A stretch of DNA of 64,000 bases, taken from the NCBI GenBank assembly GCA_965287045.1, contig OZ336885.1:64418001-64482000 (forward strand). Direction: 5' to 3'. This document shows positions 1-12,589 of this stretch, one piece after another. Within the stretch, counting starts at the first letter, position 1; the number at the start of each line of letters is the position of its first letter. The notes under the pieces are model-generated. The model had not been told where the DNA came from, did not search any database, and saw only the letters and a program-made list of their open reading frames with translations. The stretch is from Carcharhinus amblyrhynchos. Its lineage: Eukaryota. Both the position numbers and the translations under genes were made by a program.

Positions 1-59
1 GGGTGGAAAAGGCCGAAAAAAGAACGAAAATAAAGCGGGCTTCACATTTCTTAATTGAG

Positions 60-381
60 TGCTTGATGAAAAGACAAGGAGCAGCAAAGCTATTTTCGAA
101 CTTGAATGGCGCTGTAAGTGCTGAGGCAATCATTCGAGCACGTTGAGATGTTTTCCTTTGTTTTAATTACAATACAATACTTCACAAAATTCGTGATCTA
201 TTGTACAACATCGTCAGGGTATTGCAATGCTCGGGTCCGCAGGGTGTTACAGCAGAAAATTAAACATAGTATGCAAGGATTTAGTATGGAATTGAACAGA
301 AATAGGCGTGGCTCCAGGCTCATGTCGAAATGTTAAACATGTCTCTCCGGTGAGTTATTACGTAATAACATGAATTATTAT
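60..381 (-). pseudogene. Degenerate Cys-containing exon(s), reminiscent of the ADGRE region just after the EGF domains
   Basis: Strong acceptor ttccttgatttccttaag ending at 382. Reads NNSCYY...AYFCSI...SLHTMFNF...KTKENIST with stops and frameshifts, loosely like EMR1 VSFCAQINNIFSVL and TKEETSS as I recall them. Confidence 0.3.
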
Positions 382-490
382 CTTAAGGAAATCAAGGAAG
401 ATGACATAAGAACGGTTAACATTCTATTTCATTAATTGAACAGCTGAATGAGACTAATGTTCTTCCTAACGAAGAAATTGTCACACTTAC

Positions 491-520
491 TGAGGTCTTG
501 CAGAAGTTGTTCACATTTAT
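491..520 (-). pseudogene. 30-nt phase-1 micro-exon (D)KCEQLLQDL
   Basis: attttaag|ATAAATGTGAACAACTTCTGCAAGACCTCA|gtaagt; canonical sites and frame-preserving. Confidence 0.6.
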
Positions 521-574
521 CTTAAAATATTAATAAAACATCAGTGGAAATAACTATAAAGCGATTCTTCATAC

Positions 575-761
575 CTTTGCATCAACTGTTTATGACATTA
601 ACGATGAACTGATTGTCAATCGAACCTTTCCGTTGTTGCTGCATGCACTCTTGAAAAGTGGAATAATTTATTTCTGCACCATGGCGGCTGCCCTCCGGGT
701 TCTTCCTTTCGTCCTCAGCGTTTCCTTGATAATTGGGAGGGAAAGCTTCATCGGAATGTTC
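575..761 (-). pseudogene. Degenerate EGF-like exon ending ...INS*CK|D
   Basis: Donor AAG|gtatg. Frame is open except one TGA. The phase-1 end CK|D is typical of Ca-EGF exons. The 5' boundary is uncertain and the following intron is only 54 nt. Confidence 0.35.
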
Positions 762-783
762 CTAATTTAAGTAGTGTCTTTAC

Positions 784-1112
784 GGGGAAGCAATGGCCTG
801 ACAGTACTATCGCTGGACTATTAATTCAGGAACTCGGCAAGTGTTCTGGGGATTCGGGTTCGAATCCCACCGCAGCAGGTGGTGAATTTTAACTCAATGA
901 ATTAATACCTGAAATTAAGTATCTGCAGATGAGATCATTGCCGGAAACCCCGGTCTGGTTCATTAATTCATTTTAGAGAAGGAAATCTGCCACCCTTATC
1001 TGGCCTGGCCCATATGTGACTCCCGAGCCACCCTAATGTCGCTAACTCTCAACTGCCCTCGAGATGGGCAAGAAATGCAGGTGAGGCAGCAACGCCCACA
1101 CCCCAAGTAAAT
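784..1112 (+). mobile_element. tRNA-derived DeuSINE (SacSINE1-like)
   Basis: B-box ggttcgaatccc and Deu-like core ggaaatctgcc..cttatctggcctggcc..atgtgactcc. Confidence 0.75.
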
Positions 1113-1589
1113 TTCTGTGCATAACTAAATCGTTCAATGCAATAATGCAATGTTCTATCATAATTACATGAAAACCAACTTGAAAACAAAAATGTGCACG
1201 CTTTTGTTTTATGTGCTTTCATGATAATGGACTTAAGTGCATTATTAGATGGCATCAGCTCTTTTGAAAATGAAACCATCATTTTCTTTTCCTCCATAAA
1301 TACCAAACAACAGGATTTTATGTTGAAGTATGAACGAATAGATGGCAGAAATGTGTTAAGTATTGGTTAAGCAATTAAAACCTCCACACTCGATTTGAAA
1401 TCGTTTCATCTTCATTAACACAATTTTTCTGCAGTCTGCTACAGCACATCATAGTTCTAAAATTTCTTTCCATTTACTTGATAATTTCATTTTAGTCAAA
1501 ATGAGAAGATAAACGCCAGTGCTCAACATCAGAACAGAAAGATCATTTGTTCTGTTTGAATGAATGGAACCTTTGTTGCGGCTGACGTA

Positions 1590-2020
1590 GGTAATGTTTA
1601 TGGCCAGTGAATTTCACCGTTTGGTCTCAGTGAGTGGTCCGTCTGCTGTCAGATACGTTCCGTTTCTAAATGGTCTCGGCGTTGCATGTCATTTCAGGTG
1701 TGCAGGGGGCATGTTGCACGCTGTTGCTTAAATCTTCTTTTGAAAGCTTGAGCTCGAGCAACAAATTTGGAGAAAAAAGTTTTATAAAGTGTCTTGAATG
1801 TTTGCTTTGACTTGCCCGATATGTTTCAATGAGTACTGTTGGCCGGATAACCATGATGAAAATTCAAATATTTTGAATCAGAAAATTCACTTGCATCTTT
1901 CGCTGGTGTCTTTTTGTCTCAGGTAATCTCCTCCGAAAACCCCAATACCCGAAACGTTTTGACACCATTGTGTACACTTGGCGTGTGGATATGCCTTTGA
2001 TTAATGGCCACTCCTGACTC
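1590..2020 (-). pseudogene. Two highly degenerate EGF-like exon candidates
   Basis: PHAKCTQWCQN...GDYLRQKDTSERC (~1890-1990) and DLSNSVQHAPCTPEMTCN...KFTG (~1590-1735). Several Cys are lost. Confidence 0.3.
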
Positions 2021-2399
2021 GAATGTAGAGTATGAAAATTTCGCCCTCAGGGAAGCTTTCAAGGTCTGCATTTTTTTTTTCGCATCGATCATTGCTAGTG
2101 CATATTAGGTCAATTTAAGGCTGATATTTAATCGCTGTGCAGACATTAGCGAAATACCCGTTTCATGGGTTCAGTGCAATTAGCGGAACGGTTGAATATT
2201 TTCGATGAACAAATAAATTAGCATATCCAATTTGGGATTATTGTTTTCACGTGATGATAATTACGTTTGTTAATATTTGAAGTTACCCTTTCCAACAGCG
2301 AATATTTTCTTCAACAAGTGATTTATAATTCATAAGTGATTTATAACTCATTTGTGTCTCTCTGCATATCATAATGCCCTGTAACCAGGCTGAAGTAAT

Positions 2400-2840
2400 A
2401 CTCAGGCGTCGTGACACCAGATCTGCAATATTCTTGGAAGCTTTCGTCCCACTGTCTGAAAAGGATCGATTACATTGGAAGGAGTGGGAATTGGTATTAC
2501 GGGTTTGAAATCTGGGATGGCAGAAATGACATTTGAGAAGAGTTTTCGCTGGCTCGAGTTATATTCTCTGCTATTTTAATAATGCGGGGAAGGAAGGGGA
2601 ATACGGTAGAAGTTATGAAGTTCCAGTAACAGTGGAGGGGCTTTGTGAAATAAATATGTTTCGATGGCGCGGAAACACGAACCAGGGAACACAGATTTAA
2701 AATGCACGATCGACGATTTAGGACTCAGATGAACTCAGGGCTGAGTCTGAGGAATTCTCCATCGGAGACATCAGGCGAGGTCAAATAATCAAATGCTTCC
2801 AAGAAAAATGTCGACATGGCTAGGGCCAAAGGCATACAGT
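2400..2840 (+). mobile_element. Old CR1 LINE 3' fragment
   Basis: Degenerate similarity to the CR1 ORF2 C-terminus (aaggat..ttacattggaaggagtg; accagggaacacagatttaaaat). Confidence 0.6.
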
Positions 2841-3069
2841 TCAATTTTTATGTACATGATAATGATAAAAGTCAGAGACGGCTTAAATGTTCGATCTGCC
2901 TACGCTCGAATTTGTTATTCATCTTTCACTTAAAAAAAACTTTCATTGCAGCATCTTCTGATAAAACGTTGGGCAGGAATAGGTTCTTCGGATTTTCCAA
3001 GCGAAATGCCTTGTTTTTTTTCTCGGAATGACAAACTTTCCAACTAATCCGTGTTCCCACCAGTGTTGT

Positions 3070-3376
3070 TCACAGAATCGCAGAACCGTACAGTGCTGAA
3101 GAGGATCATTGAGCCCATCGATTCTGCACTGATCAGAATCACGCCCAGGCCCTATCCGGTAACCCCATGCATTTAATATAGCTCGTCCGTCTGGCAGTAA
3201 TTTAGTATAGTCAATCCATCTAGACCGCACATCGTTGGGCTTTGGGAGGAAACAAGAGCACCGGGAGGAACATTAGGGGGAGAATGTGCAAACTCGACAC
3301 AGACAGTGACCAAACCAGGAATACAACGCCGTCACTGGCGCTGTGAGGCAGCAGTGCTAACCACTGTGTCACCGTG
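3070..3376 (-). mobile_element. HE1-type tRNA SINE
   Basis: Reverse complement begins cacggtgacacagtggttagcactgctgcctcacagcgccag, the elasmobranch HE1 head. Confidence 0.8.
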
Positions 3377-3983
3377 TTCTGAGCAGTTGACTAAGCATGA
3401 GACAATCATTGTGAAGTTTACAAAATACTCTCAATATTTTGCCGGATGAACTCAGCAGTTATGTTTCACCGCCGAACAACCCCCGGCTGTTAAAATATTC
3501 AATGTTTTGAGATATAATTTGGCCAGCTTCGCATGTGTGTTATATTTGTGTAAAATGGGTGATAGCAGCGTTCAGTTTGCCAAAAAAATCTCTGGATCAT
3601 ATTTTTATCAGCTCTTCTTTTTTTCCCCTGGGCGTAATAATGATCTCAATGTTTCACGTTTTACACATTTTTCCGTACATAATTTGACTTCCCTTCACGT
3701 TAGTTAAGTTTCGCAGCTAGCCACGCAGTTCCCTCCACTCATTGTTGTAAGGCTCATTTCTCTTCGCCGCCCCCGCCCCCCCCCAACCCCCCTCCCTACT
3801 TTGGTAACTGATGCGTCGTTAAGATGACACACTCGCTTTTAATTGAGTTGCATTCGCTTTACACTGATAAGCTGAACCTCCAGAAATTTGGAGGGGAATT
3901 GAAAGAAATTACAATCCCGTGTTCAGTAACCTCTCCATCAAACTTCATAAGTACGCAATGTATTGTTAAAAAAATGCACTTAC

Positions 3984-4010
3984 CTAGTTCGTTGTGCACA
4001 GTCGTTGTTC
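3984..4010 (-). pseudogene. 27-nt phase-1 micro-exon (G)TTTVHNEL
   Basis: catttctctgaactag|GAACAACGACTGTGCACAACGAACTAG|gtaagt. Confidence 0.55.
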
Positions 4011-5364
4011 CTAGTTCAGAGAAATGTAAACATATAATCAGTAAAGACGTTCAACAGTAAATACATTTGAACTTCATTTGATATGGTGCTACTTATGTTA
4101 AGTAAGGAGTGTAACATGGCATGCATTTGAAAAGCGAGAAAACAAAAACCGTAGTTTATAGTTTCGATGTTTTATTTGTGCAGATATCTTTATGTTTTAA
4201 TGTTCTACTTGGTCACGAAGGACATTACGAGTTATGTTTGAATTACAGTTATATTGATTGCAGATAGAGTACATTATGTTCCACCTGAATTTCTGACGAG
4301 TTGCTGGTGAGAAGAAATACTTCCATACGCCAGAAATCAGATATCGCTCTCCAACACCTTTCCATTAACTTAAAAATAATCACACAATAGTGCCTGCTTG
4401 CACGCGTGCACACAGAAACATACGCACACACTCAAACACGCACACATGTTCACAATGCACTGTAGCAATAATAAGTCGTTTCTACAAAGTGAATATATAC
4501 AAATGTAATCAAAACGATTAATTGTTTTGTGGCAGTCGTCGAGATCAGAAATTTGCTTTGTTGCAGCGCAATTTCTTAACATATTTACAAACGTGTCTTG
4601 CGAAATGAATGGATGGACATTTATTTTTACACACATCAAACTGGACGATAACGTATTTCGCACTTAGCATCGCCAATAACATGGTGCATCACTTGAAAGT
4701 ACAGCTAGCCCCAGTTTTCTATTAAATTTGAGCATTCACCAATGCAGATGCCGTATGTTTGGAAAGTTGTTTCGTTGTAGATGTTGCGCGATACAAATTT
4801 GCAGATTTTCGGTGGTTCATAGAATGCAATTGCATTTTTGGCAAGCAACAGGCATTTGTTATGTTAAGCATGTTTGCCAGTAACTTGCGATACATTGTAT
4901 ATCATGCTATTGAACATTCTTTGTGTGAATCGAAATGTGCATTTTGCAAAGTGGAGACGATTGTATTTCTACTCGTATTTGAATCATATGCACACAGTAG
5001 TGCCTTAGACGTCGTCCAAAATGTTGATTATAGGGAATAGTGCAAATGCTTTTTTTTCTCATTTGCTGCCAACCAAAGCCCCATTCGAAAGGACTAATAG
5101 ATAGCAGTGTTCGTACATATTAATCGTAGACTTCATTTTAGGCAGCCGGACACTATATATGTGCTTTGTCATTTCAATGGTCGATTTTCAAAGATAAACA
5201 TGCACTCTTACAAAGACAAATGGCGTCTGTCATTACGATTCATTCCTTGCATATTCAGTATTAATTTATTTTCTGTTAAAATTTGGAAATTGGCAAAATT
5301 GCCAAATGAATTCCGGTAAAACTTCAATAGTCATATGAACTTTGAAGCCAAACGGTTCCATGAC

Positions 5365-6310
5365 AAATGAACATATGAACGTAGGAATTAGGAGCAGGAA
5401 TCGGTAGGTGAGCCATTCACGGCCGCTCCACCGTTCTGTATGATCATGGCTAATCTGCACCTCATCCTAAAACCACTACCCTGCTTTTTCCCTAAGCACT
5501 TTATCCGATTTTCGATCAAATATTCATTTATCACTCTTCTGTATCCAATGCTACACTCTGTGGAGTGTGTTTCAAAGATTCATAACCTTCCATGGGTAAT
5601 TGCTCCTGAACTTTCTCTTTATCGTTCCACTTGTTGCACGACAACAATGACCTATTATCCTGGACTACTGAAAAAGGGAACAATTTATGTACTTCAACCA
5701 AGTCCCCCTCAACCTTGTATACACGAGCGAGTAAAAACATCAAGCTGCTCAACCATTCCTCATACGATAGCCCGTACAAACCTAGAATCAATCTGTAAAA
5801 CCTCTTCTAAACTGTCTCCAGTATCGTGGCATCCTCCCCAAAGAAGCCGACGAAAAATGAATACATGAATACACTAAGTACGCTCTCACGTTTTATCTAA
5901 GTTTAACGCTTTCTTTTTTTTAACCTTTACAATCGAAACACTTTGCAATAAAGGCTAAGATTCAATTTGTCTTCTTATTAACATTCTGCACATGCATACC
6001 TCATTTCTATAACTTATGCAAAAATGGGCACCCAGATACCTCTGCACAGGCGTTATTTCCTTTTTTTCGTTCCTCACTGAAATAATATTTACGCTTTTAT
6101 TTCTTTATATGTACCCAGCCAAAACACATACCTACTCATTTATCCACATTAAATTCCGTTTGCCAAATTCTGGTCCATTCCTTAGCTTGTCATATTCATT
6201 TGTAATCTAACTATCATCTCAGCACATCCTGCTTTCCCAGTTGTTTTGTGTCATCGGCAAATATATCCATGTTTCATCTGTCGCTACCTGTAGATCATTA
6301 ATATAAACGG
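5365..6310 (-). mobile_element. Old CR1 LINE 3' part
   Basis: CR1 3' UTR (taggagcagga...gatcatggctaatctg on +). Minus ORF ILGLYGLSYEEWL..GDLVEVHK and an FADD-like segment near 6250. Confidence 0.75.
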
Positions 6311-6442
6311 ATCTACCAACAACTAAATCACTCATAAAAACTTATGACTGTCGATTATAAAATCTGGAATTAAGTGCATATTTCTGCTAATCTTCTTCTT
6401 AGTGTCTGGAGTGGCAATACATTCTAAAATAAAGCTACTTGC

Positions 6443-6472
6443 TAATGTGCCGACTAGACATTTTCCCTAAAT
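6443..6472 (-). pseudogene. Candidate 30-nt micro-exon (D)LGKMSSRHI with GC donor
   Basis: catcttcagcag|30 nt|gcaagt; same size and phase as neighbouring micro-exons. Confidence 0.35.
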
Positions 6473-6524
6473 CTGCTGAAGATGATGGGAACTTTGCCTC
6501 CCTCAATATTTCAAATCAAAGAAC

Positions 6525-7000
6525 AAAGGGATGTACAGATCAGGAACATGCCCCTCGGCCCTCGAAGCATGTGCTGATCGTGATGTCTCAACAAAAATGC
6601 ATCTTCTCCCCTTAATCGGTCCTACTCTGTGTAAATCCTCCTTATTCTCCCATTCATATATCTCTTCAGTGATGACATTGTGCCTGCTTCAACGAGACCC
6701 CCTGGCTGCTCGTTCCCGATACCCAACAACTTCTGTATGAAGAACTTGCCCTTCTCACAAACCTTAAAATGCCCGCATATCAGCTTGAAGCGGTGTCCAA
6801 TACCCATTGTATCCTCCGACAGTAACAATTGCACCCTCGGAAGAGGGCAGAGGATACATCATTCAACTGCTCCAATTCATCAGAATAATTCATCGGATCC
6901 CTACTGATATGCCTTAACTCCGAATGCCAGTTTTTTTTTCCCTCACACCTTAATATGATCCGATGCCAACAAATTTCAGTTGCATAATATCTAACAGATT
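6525..7000 (-). mobile_element. Old CR1 3' end fragment, partly included in the tandem unit
   Basis: ORF GHRFKLICGHFK..KFFIQKLLGIGNEQPGGLVEAGT matches CR1 GHRFKV..FFTQRVV..WNELP..VVEAGT. Confidence 0.7.
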
Positions 7001-7060
7001 GGCGAAAATGGAATGTTGCCCCTCAGAAACACGACTGATACAGAATGTCCAGTCACTCAC

Positions 7061-7090
7061 CAGCCGTTGTAGTTGATGGTTTTGACAAAC
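7061..7090 (-). pseudogene. 30-nt mucin-like micro-exon (G)LSKPSTTTA
   Basis: cttttccttcag|GTTTGTCAAAACCATCAACTACAACGGCTG|gtgagt. Confidence 0.7.
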
Positions 7091-7439
7091 CTGAAGGAAA
7101 AGAAGAGGGCATAGTTTCGGTATTTTTTAATGTGTTTCCACATTACAGAAGGGATTCTGAATTAATCAGTGCCTCTGATATGAACACAAATATTCTGGCC
7201 TGATCTTAGAACCAATGGATGACCTAGTGTCAACTTGCAGAACAAGAATTTACTTACTTAAAATAACGAATTGTAACTCAGCCAGATGTGAGGGACAAGA
7301 GACTATGAGTGAGTCAGGTAGAGGAATCGTGAGATAGGTTTGCAGGAGTCTCCGCCGTTGTCCTTGTCCAACGGATTCGACATTATTGCTTCCTGTGTGG
7401 GCGGGAAAGGGAACTGAAGGGAGAATTAGCTCATTGTTA

Positions 7440-8020
7440 GCAGCACGGTAGTGCAGGGAGCCATTCACGTGAAGATACTGAAAGAAAATGTAGTTGCAAT
7501 TGGGAACAGCAAATGTACGGCAGCAGATAGTGTTCTCTGCGACCAGATTCGAGAGGCCTGCAGGTTGCGTTGCCGAACTGGTGCACGGGTCAGGATATCT
7601 CATCCAGGTCGCAGAGGAACTGAGAGTGCGCGGTTGAAGTTTACGTGGTCCACGTAGTTAACAACAACATAGATAAAACAAGGTCAGAGGCTCTGTTCAA
7701 GGAGAATTAGGAGCGACGAGGAACACGTTAAAAAGAATCACAGCCAAAAGAGTAATCATTTCTGGATTCAAAGCTAAGCCACGAGCAAATCGGCAAAGGG
7801 GCAATAAAATTATGCAGTTCACTGCATGGCTTAAAGATTGATGTGGGAGGAACATATTCGAGTTCCTGGGACACTGGCACCAGTACTGAGGAAGACCGGA
7901 TCAGTGCCAATGAGGCAGTCATCATCCAGTGTACGCTGGACCGCAATCGTAGCCCGTGTCATCATTGGTGGTGGAGATAGCAGTTCAAACTGAACAGGGG
8001 GACAGTTCAGTTTCAGGGGA
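7440..8020 (+). mobile_element. Old CR1 ORF1 (SGNH esterase-like) fragment, repeated in each tandem unit
   Basis: Degenerate VVAIGNS..DSVLCDQIREACRLRCRTGARV, RVIISG and FLGHWHQY motifs. Confidence 0.7.
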
Positions 8021-8481
8021 AATTGGAAACCCAAATTGAAGGAGGAGGTAAGAATGCCGGTTAGCAATGCGGTAGATAGTTACCAGACAATGAAAGACAG
8101 AGATAGAAAGGGTGATTGTCTTTATGCACCGAATTAGAAACGAGATGGTAAATTTCGTGGTAGAAATTTTTAAAAATACATATCTTAAAATGTCCTCATA
8201 TCACATTGAACTTGTGTCTAATACCCATTGCCCTCTCGGACAATAACAATTGCACCCTTGGAAGAGAGAACAGGATACATAATTCAACTGCTCCAATTCA
8301 TCAAAATAATTCATCGGATCCCTACTGATATGCCTGAAATCCGAATGCCAGTTTACTTTTTTCCACACATCTTAACCTGTTCCGATGCCAACAACTTGCT
8401 GTTGCATAATATATAACAGTTTGGCGAAAATGGAAAGTTGCCCCTCAGAAACACAATGATACAGAATTTCCAGTCACTCAC

Positions 8482-8511
8482 CAGGCGTTATTGTTGATGC
8501 TTCTGACCCGT
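8482..8511 (-). pseudogene. 30-nt mucin-like micro-exon (D)GSEASTITP
   Basis: gttttccttcag|ACGGGTCAGAAGCATCAACAATAACGCCTG|gtgagt. Confidence 0.7.
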
Positions 8512-9084
8512 CTGAAGGAAAACAAGAGGGCGTAGTTTCGGTATTTTTAAAATGTGTTTGCACATTGCAGAAGGGATTCTGAATTAATCAGTGCCTCTGG
8601 TATGAACACAAATATACTGGCTTGATTTCAGTTTCAATGGATGGCCTACTGTTAACTTGCAGAGCATCAGTTAACTGATTTTAAATAACTAACTTTAACT
8701 CAGCCAGTTGTGAGGGACAAGAGGCTATGAGTGAGGCAGGTAGAGGAATCGTGAGGCAGGTTTGCACGTGTCTCCGCCGTTGTCCTTGTCCAGCTGATTC
8801 GATATTATTGTTTCCTGTGTGGACGGCAAAGGAAACTGAAGGGAGAATGAGCCCTTTGATAGCAGCACTGTAGTGCAGGGAGCCATTCACGTGAAGAATG
8901 TTGAAGAAAACGTAGTTGCAATTGGGAAGAGCAAACGTACGGCAGTAGATAAAGTTCTCTGTGACCAGATTCGAGAGACCTGCACGTTGTGTTGCCGAAC
9001 TGGTGCACGGGTCAAGATATCTCATCGAGATTGCAGTGGAACTTCGAGTCCACGGTTAAAATTTACGTGGTCCACGTAGTTAAC

Positions 9085-11410
9085 AGCATCTTGGATCTGG
9101 TGCTATGTAATGAGGCGGGTAGAATTAGGGAACTTGCGGCGAAGGATCCTCTTGGGGAGAGTGATCATTGTATGGTGGAGTTTCTGGTGCAGATGGAGGA
9201 GGACAAAGTGGGTTCCCGGACACGCGTCCTTTGTTTGAACAGAGGGGAGTACGGTAGGATGAGAGAAGAATTGGCGAATGTGGACTGGGGGAGCGCGTTG
9301 GAAGGTAGGTCTGCTGAGGAGCAGTGGAGGATCTTTAAGGAGATCTTTCTTGGTGCTCAGCAGAAATATATTCCGATGGTCAAAAAGGACCGTAGGAGGA
9401 GAGTTAATCAGCCGTGGATAACGAAGGAGGTGAAGGAAAGTGTTAAATTAAAAGCGGAGGCGTTTAGAGTAGCTAAGAGTAGTGGGCGAGAAGAGGATTG
9501 GGAGAGGTTTAAATGTCAACAAAGATTGACAAAGCAGTTGATAAAGAAGGGTAGGAGAAACTATGAAGCTGGGCTAGCGCTTAATATAAAAAAAACGATA
9601 GCAAGAGTTTTTATAAATATATAAAAAGGAAGAGGCTGGCTAGGGTGAACGAAATGGCTGAGGTCTTGAATAACTTTTTTGTTTCGGTCTCCACGGAGGA
9701 GGACGTGAATAATTAGCCGGATGTTAGAGATGGAAAGGTGGTAGGACTGGGGGGTCTCGATGACATTACTGTTACTAGAGAGGTGGCGCTAGACAGACTG
9801 GAGGGGTTGATTGTGGACAAGTCCCCAGGGCCGGATGGAATGCATCCGAGGGCCCTGAAAGAAATGTCGGAGGTGATGGTGGATGCCTTGGTGGTTATTT
9901 TCCAGACGTCGCTGGATTCCGGGGAAGTGCCGGAAGATTGGAAAGCGGCTAATGTTACGCCGTTGTTTAAGAAGGGTGCCAGGCAAAAGGCGGGGAATTA
10001 TAGGCCTGTTAGTTTAACGTCTGTTGTAGGTAAAATTTTAGAATCCGTCATCAAGGAGGGAATAGCGAGGCATCTTCAGGGGAACTGCTTGACAGAGCAG
10101 ACGCAACACGGTTTCATTAAAGGGAAGTCGTGTCTGACAAATTTACTGGAGTTCTATGAGGATGTGTCTACGGCGGTGGATAGAGGAGAGCCGGTGGATG
10201 TGGTCTTTCTTGATTTTCAGAAGGCGTTTGACAAGGTACCTCACAAGAGGTTATTGCAGAAGGTCAGGGGACATGGAGTTGGGGGTAGGGTGTTAGCGTG
10301 GATAGAGGACTGGTTGTCAAATAGGAGGCAGAGAGTGGGGGTCAATGGGTGCTATTCGGATTGGCGGATGGTGACTAGTGGAGTGCCCCAGGGGTCGGTG
10401 CTGGGGCCTCAGCTATTTACCATTTATATAGATGATCTGGAGGAGGGAACCGAGTGCAGGGTGTCGAAATTTGCTGATGACACCAAAATTGGTGGAAAGG
10501 CAAACTGTGCGGAGGGTGGTGAGAGTCTACAGAAGGATCTAGATAGGCTGGGCGAAAGGGCCAGGAAATGGCAAATGGAATTTAATGTTGGCAAGTGTGA
10601 GGTGGTCCACTTTGGTAGGAAGAATGGTAGGAAGGATTATTACTTACGTGGAGAAAAACTGCAGCAGGCGACAGTGCAGAGAGACCTCGGGGTCCTTGTG
10701 CATGAGTCCCAAAAACCCAGCTTGCAGGTGCAGCAGGTGGTCAGGAAGGCGAATGGGATGCTGGCCTTCATAGCGAGGGGGATTGAATATAAAAGTAGGG
10801 AGGTCTTGCTGCGGCTGTATAGGGCATTGGTGAGGCCGCAGCTGGAGTACTGTGTGCAGTTTTGGGCGCCGTACTTAGGCAAGGATATTTTGGCCTTGGA
10901 GGGAGTGCAGAGGAGGTTTACTAGGCTGATGCCGGAGTTGAGGGGGTTGAGCTATGAGGAGAGGCTGAATAGATTAGGCTTGTACTCGTTAGAGTTTAGA
11001 AGAATGAGGGGAGATCTCATTGAGACGTATAAGATGATGAATGGGATGAATAGGATAGAGGTGGAGAGACTCTTCCCGCTCAGAAAGGATAGTAGGACTA
11101 GGGGGCACAGCCTCAAGATAAAGGGGGGGGGGGGCGGTTTAGAACGGAGTTGAGGAGGAACTTCTTCACTCAAAGGGTGGTGAATCTCTGGAATTCTCTG
11201 CCCGTTGAAGTGGCGGAGGCTACCTCGCTAAATATTTTTAAGACGCGGGTTGATGGGTTTTTGATAAGAGAGGGGATTAAGGGTTTTGGGGAGAGGGCGG
11301 GAATGTGGAACTGAGCCACGACAGATCAGCCATGATCTTATTGAATGGCGGGGCAGGCTCGAAGGGCTAGTTGGCCTACTCCTGCTCCTATTTCTTATGT
11401 TCTTATGTTC
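9085..11410 (+). mobile_element. Young 5'-truncated CR1 LINE (end of APE endonuclease, RT, 3' UTR)
   Basis: LDLVLCN..LGESDH endonuclease end. RT ORF 9738-11153 with GVPQGSVLGP and FADD. Tail of ttcttatg repeats. Frameshift and internal deletion near 9590-9650. Confidence 0.95.
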
Positions 11411-12214
11411 ACAGGCTCTGTTCAAGGAGCACGAGGATCTAAGAGAAAAATGTTCAAAAAAAGGACAAACAAAAGGGTAATCATTTCTGGATCCAAAGCT
11501 AAGCCACGAGCAAATTGGCAAAGGGGCAATAACATCGTGCAGGTCAATGCGTGGCTTAAAGACTGATCTGGGAGGAACATATCTGTGTTCCTGTGAGTTT
11601 GGCACCAGTACTGAGGAAGACGGGATCAGTGCCAATGAGACAGTCATCATCTAACATATGCTGAACAGAAACCCGACCCCGTGTCATCACTGGTGATGGA
11701 GATAGGAGTTCAAACTGAACAGCGGGACTGTTCAGTTTCAGGGGAAATTGGAAACCCACATTGAAGGAGGAGGTAAGAATGTGGGTTAGCAATGCGGTAT
11801 ATGACAACCAGACAATGAATGGGAGGGAGAGTAAAGGTGATTGTCTTTGTGCTCCGAATTATAAACAAGATGGTAAATTTAGTGGTAGAACACGTGTATT
11901 TATTGAAATACATACCTTAAAATGTCCCCATATCAGATTGAAGTTGTGTTCAATACCCATTGCACCCTTGGACAATAACAATTGCACCCTCGGAAGAGGG
12001 CAGAGGATACATCATTCATCATTGCTCCAATTCATCAAAATAATTCATTGAATCCCTACTGATGTGCCTTAACTCCGAATGCCTTTCTTTTTTTCCATAC
12101 ACTTTAACATGTTCCGATGCCAACAAATTTCTGTTGCATAATATCAAAAAGTTTGGGGAAAGTGGAATGTTACCCCTCAGAAACACGTTTGATACGGAAT
12201 TTCCAGTCACTCAG

Positions 12215-12244
12215 CAGGCGTTGTTGTTGATGGTGTTGACCCGT
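12215..12244 (-). pseudogene. 30-nt micro-exon (D)GSTPSTTTP with dead donor
   Basis: Acceptor intact; donor reads ctgagt instead of gtgagt. Confidence 0.65.
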
Positions 12245-12589
12245 CTGAAGGAAAACAAGATGACATAGGTTTGGTATTTTTTAATGCGTTTACACACTGC
12301 AGAAGGGATTCTGAATTAATGGGTGCCTCTGATATGAACACAAATATTCTGGCCTGTTTTCAGTATTAATGGATGACCTAGTGTTAACTTGCAGGGCATT
12401 AATTAACTTACTTAAAATAACTAACTGTAACTCAGCCAGTGGAGAGGGAGAAGAGGCTATGAGTGAGGCAGGTCTAGGAATCGTGAGATTGGTTTGCAGG
12501 TTTCTCCGCCATTGTCGTTGTCCAACCGGTTCGACATTATTGTTTCCTGTGTGGACGGGAAAGGGAACTGAAGGGACAATGAACCCAAT

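Noticed and set aside
784-880. tRNA gene
   Set aside because: The A/B boxes belong to a SINE head followed by a SINE body; no cloverleaf.
9738-11153. RT ORF as a domesticated gene, or an RT-plus-repeat-array system
   Set aside because: It is an ordinary 5'-truncated CR1 with a 3' tail, inserted secondarily into one unit.
11915-11990. Minus-strand exon ending TTTAAG|gtatgt in the tandem unit
   Set aside because: It lies in the CR1 remnant, has no good acceptor, and the donor is not conserved across units.
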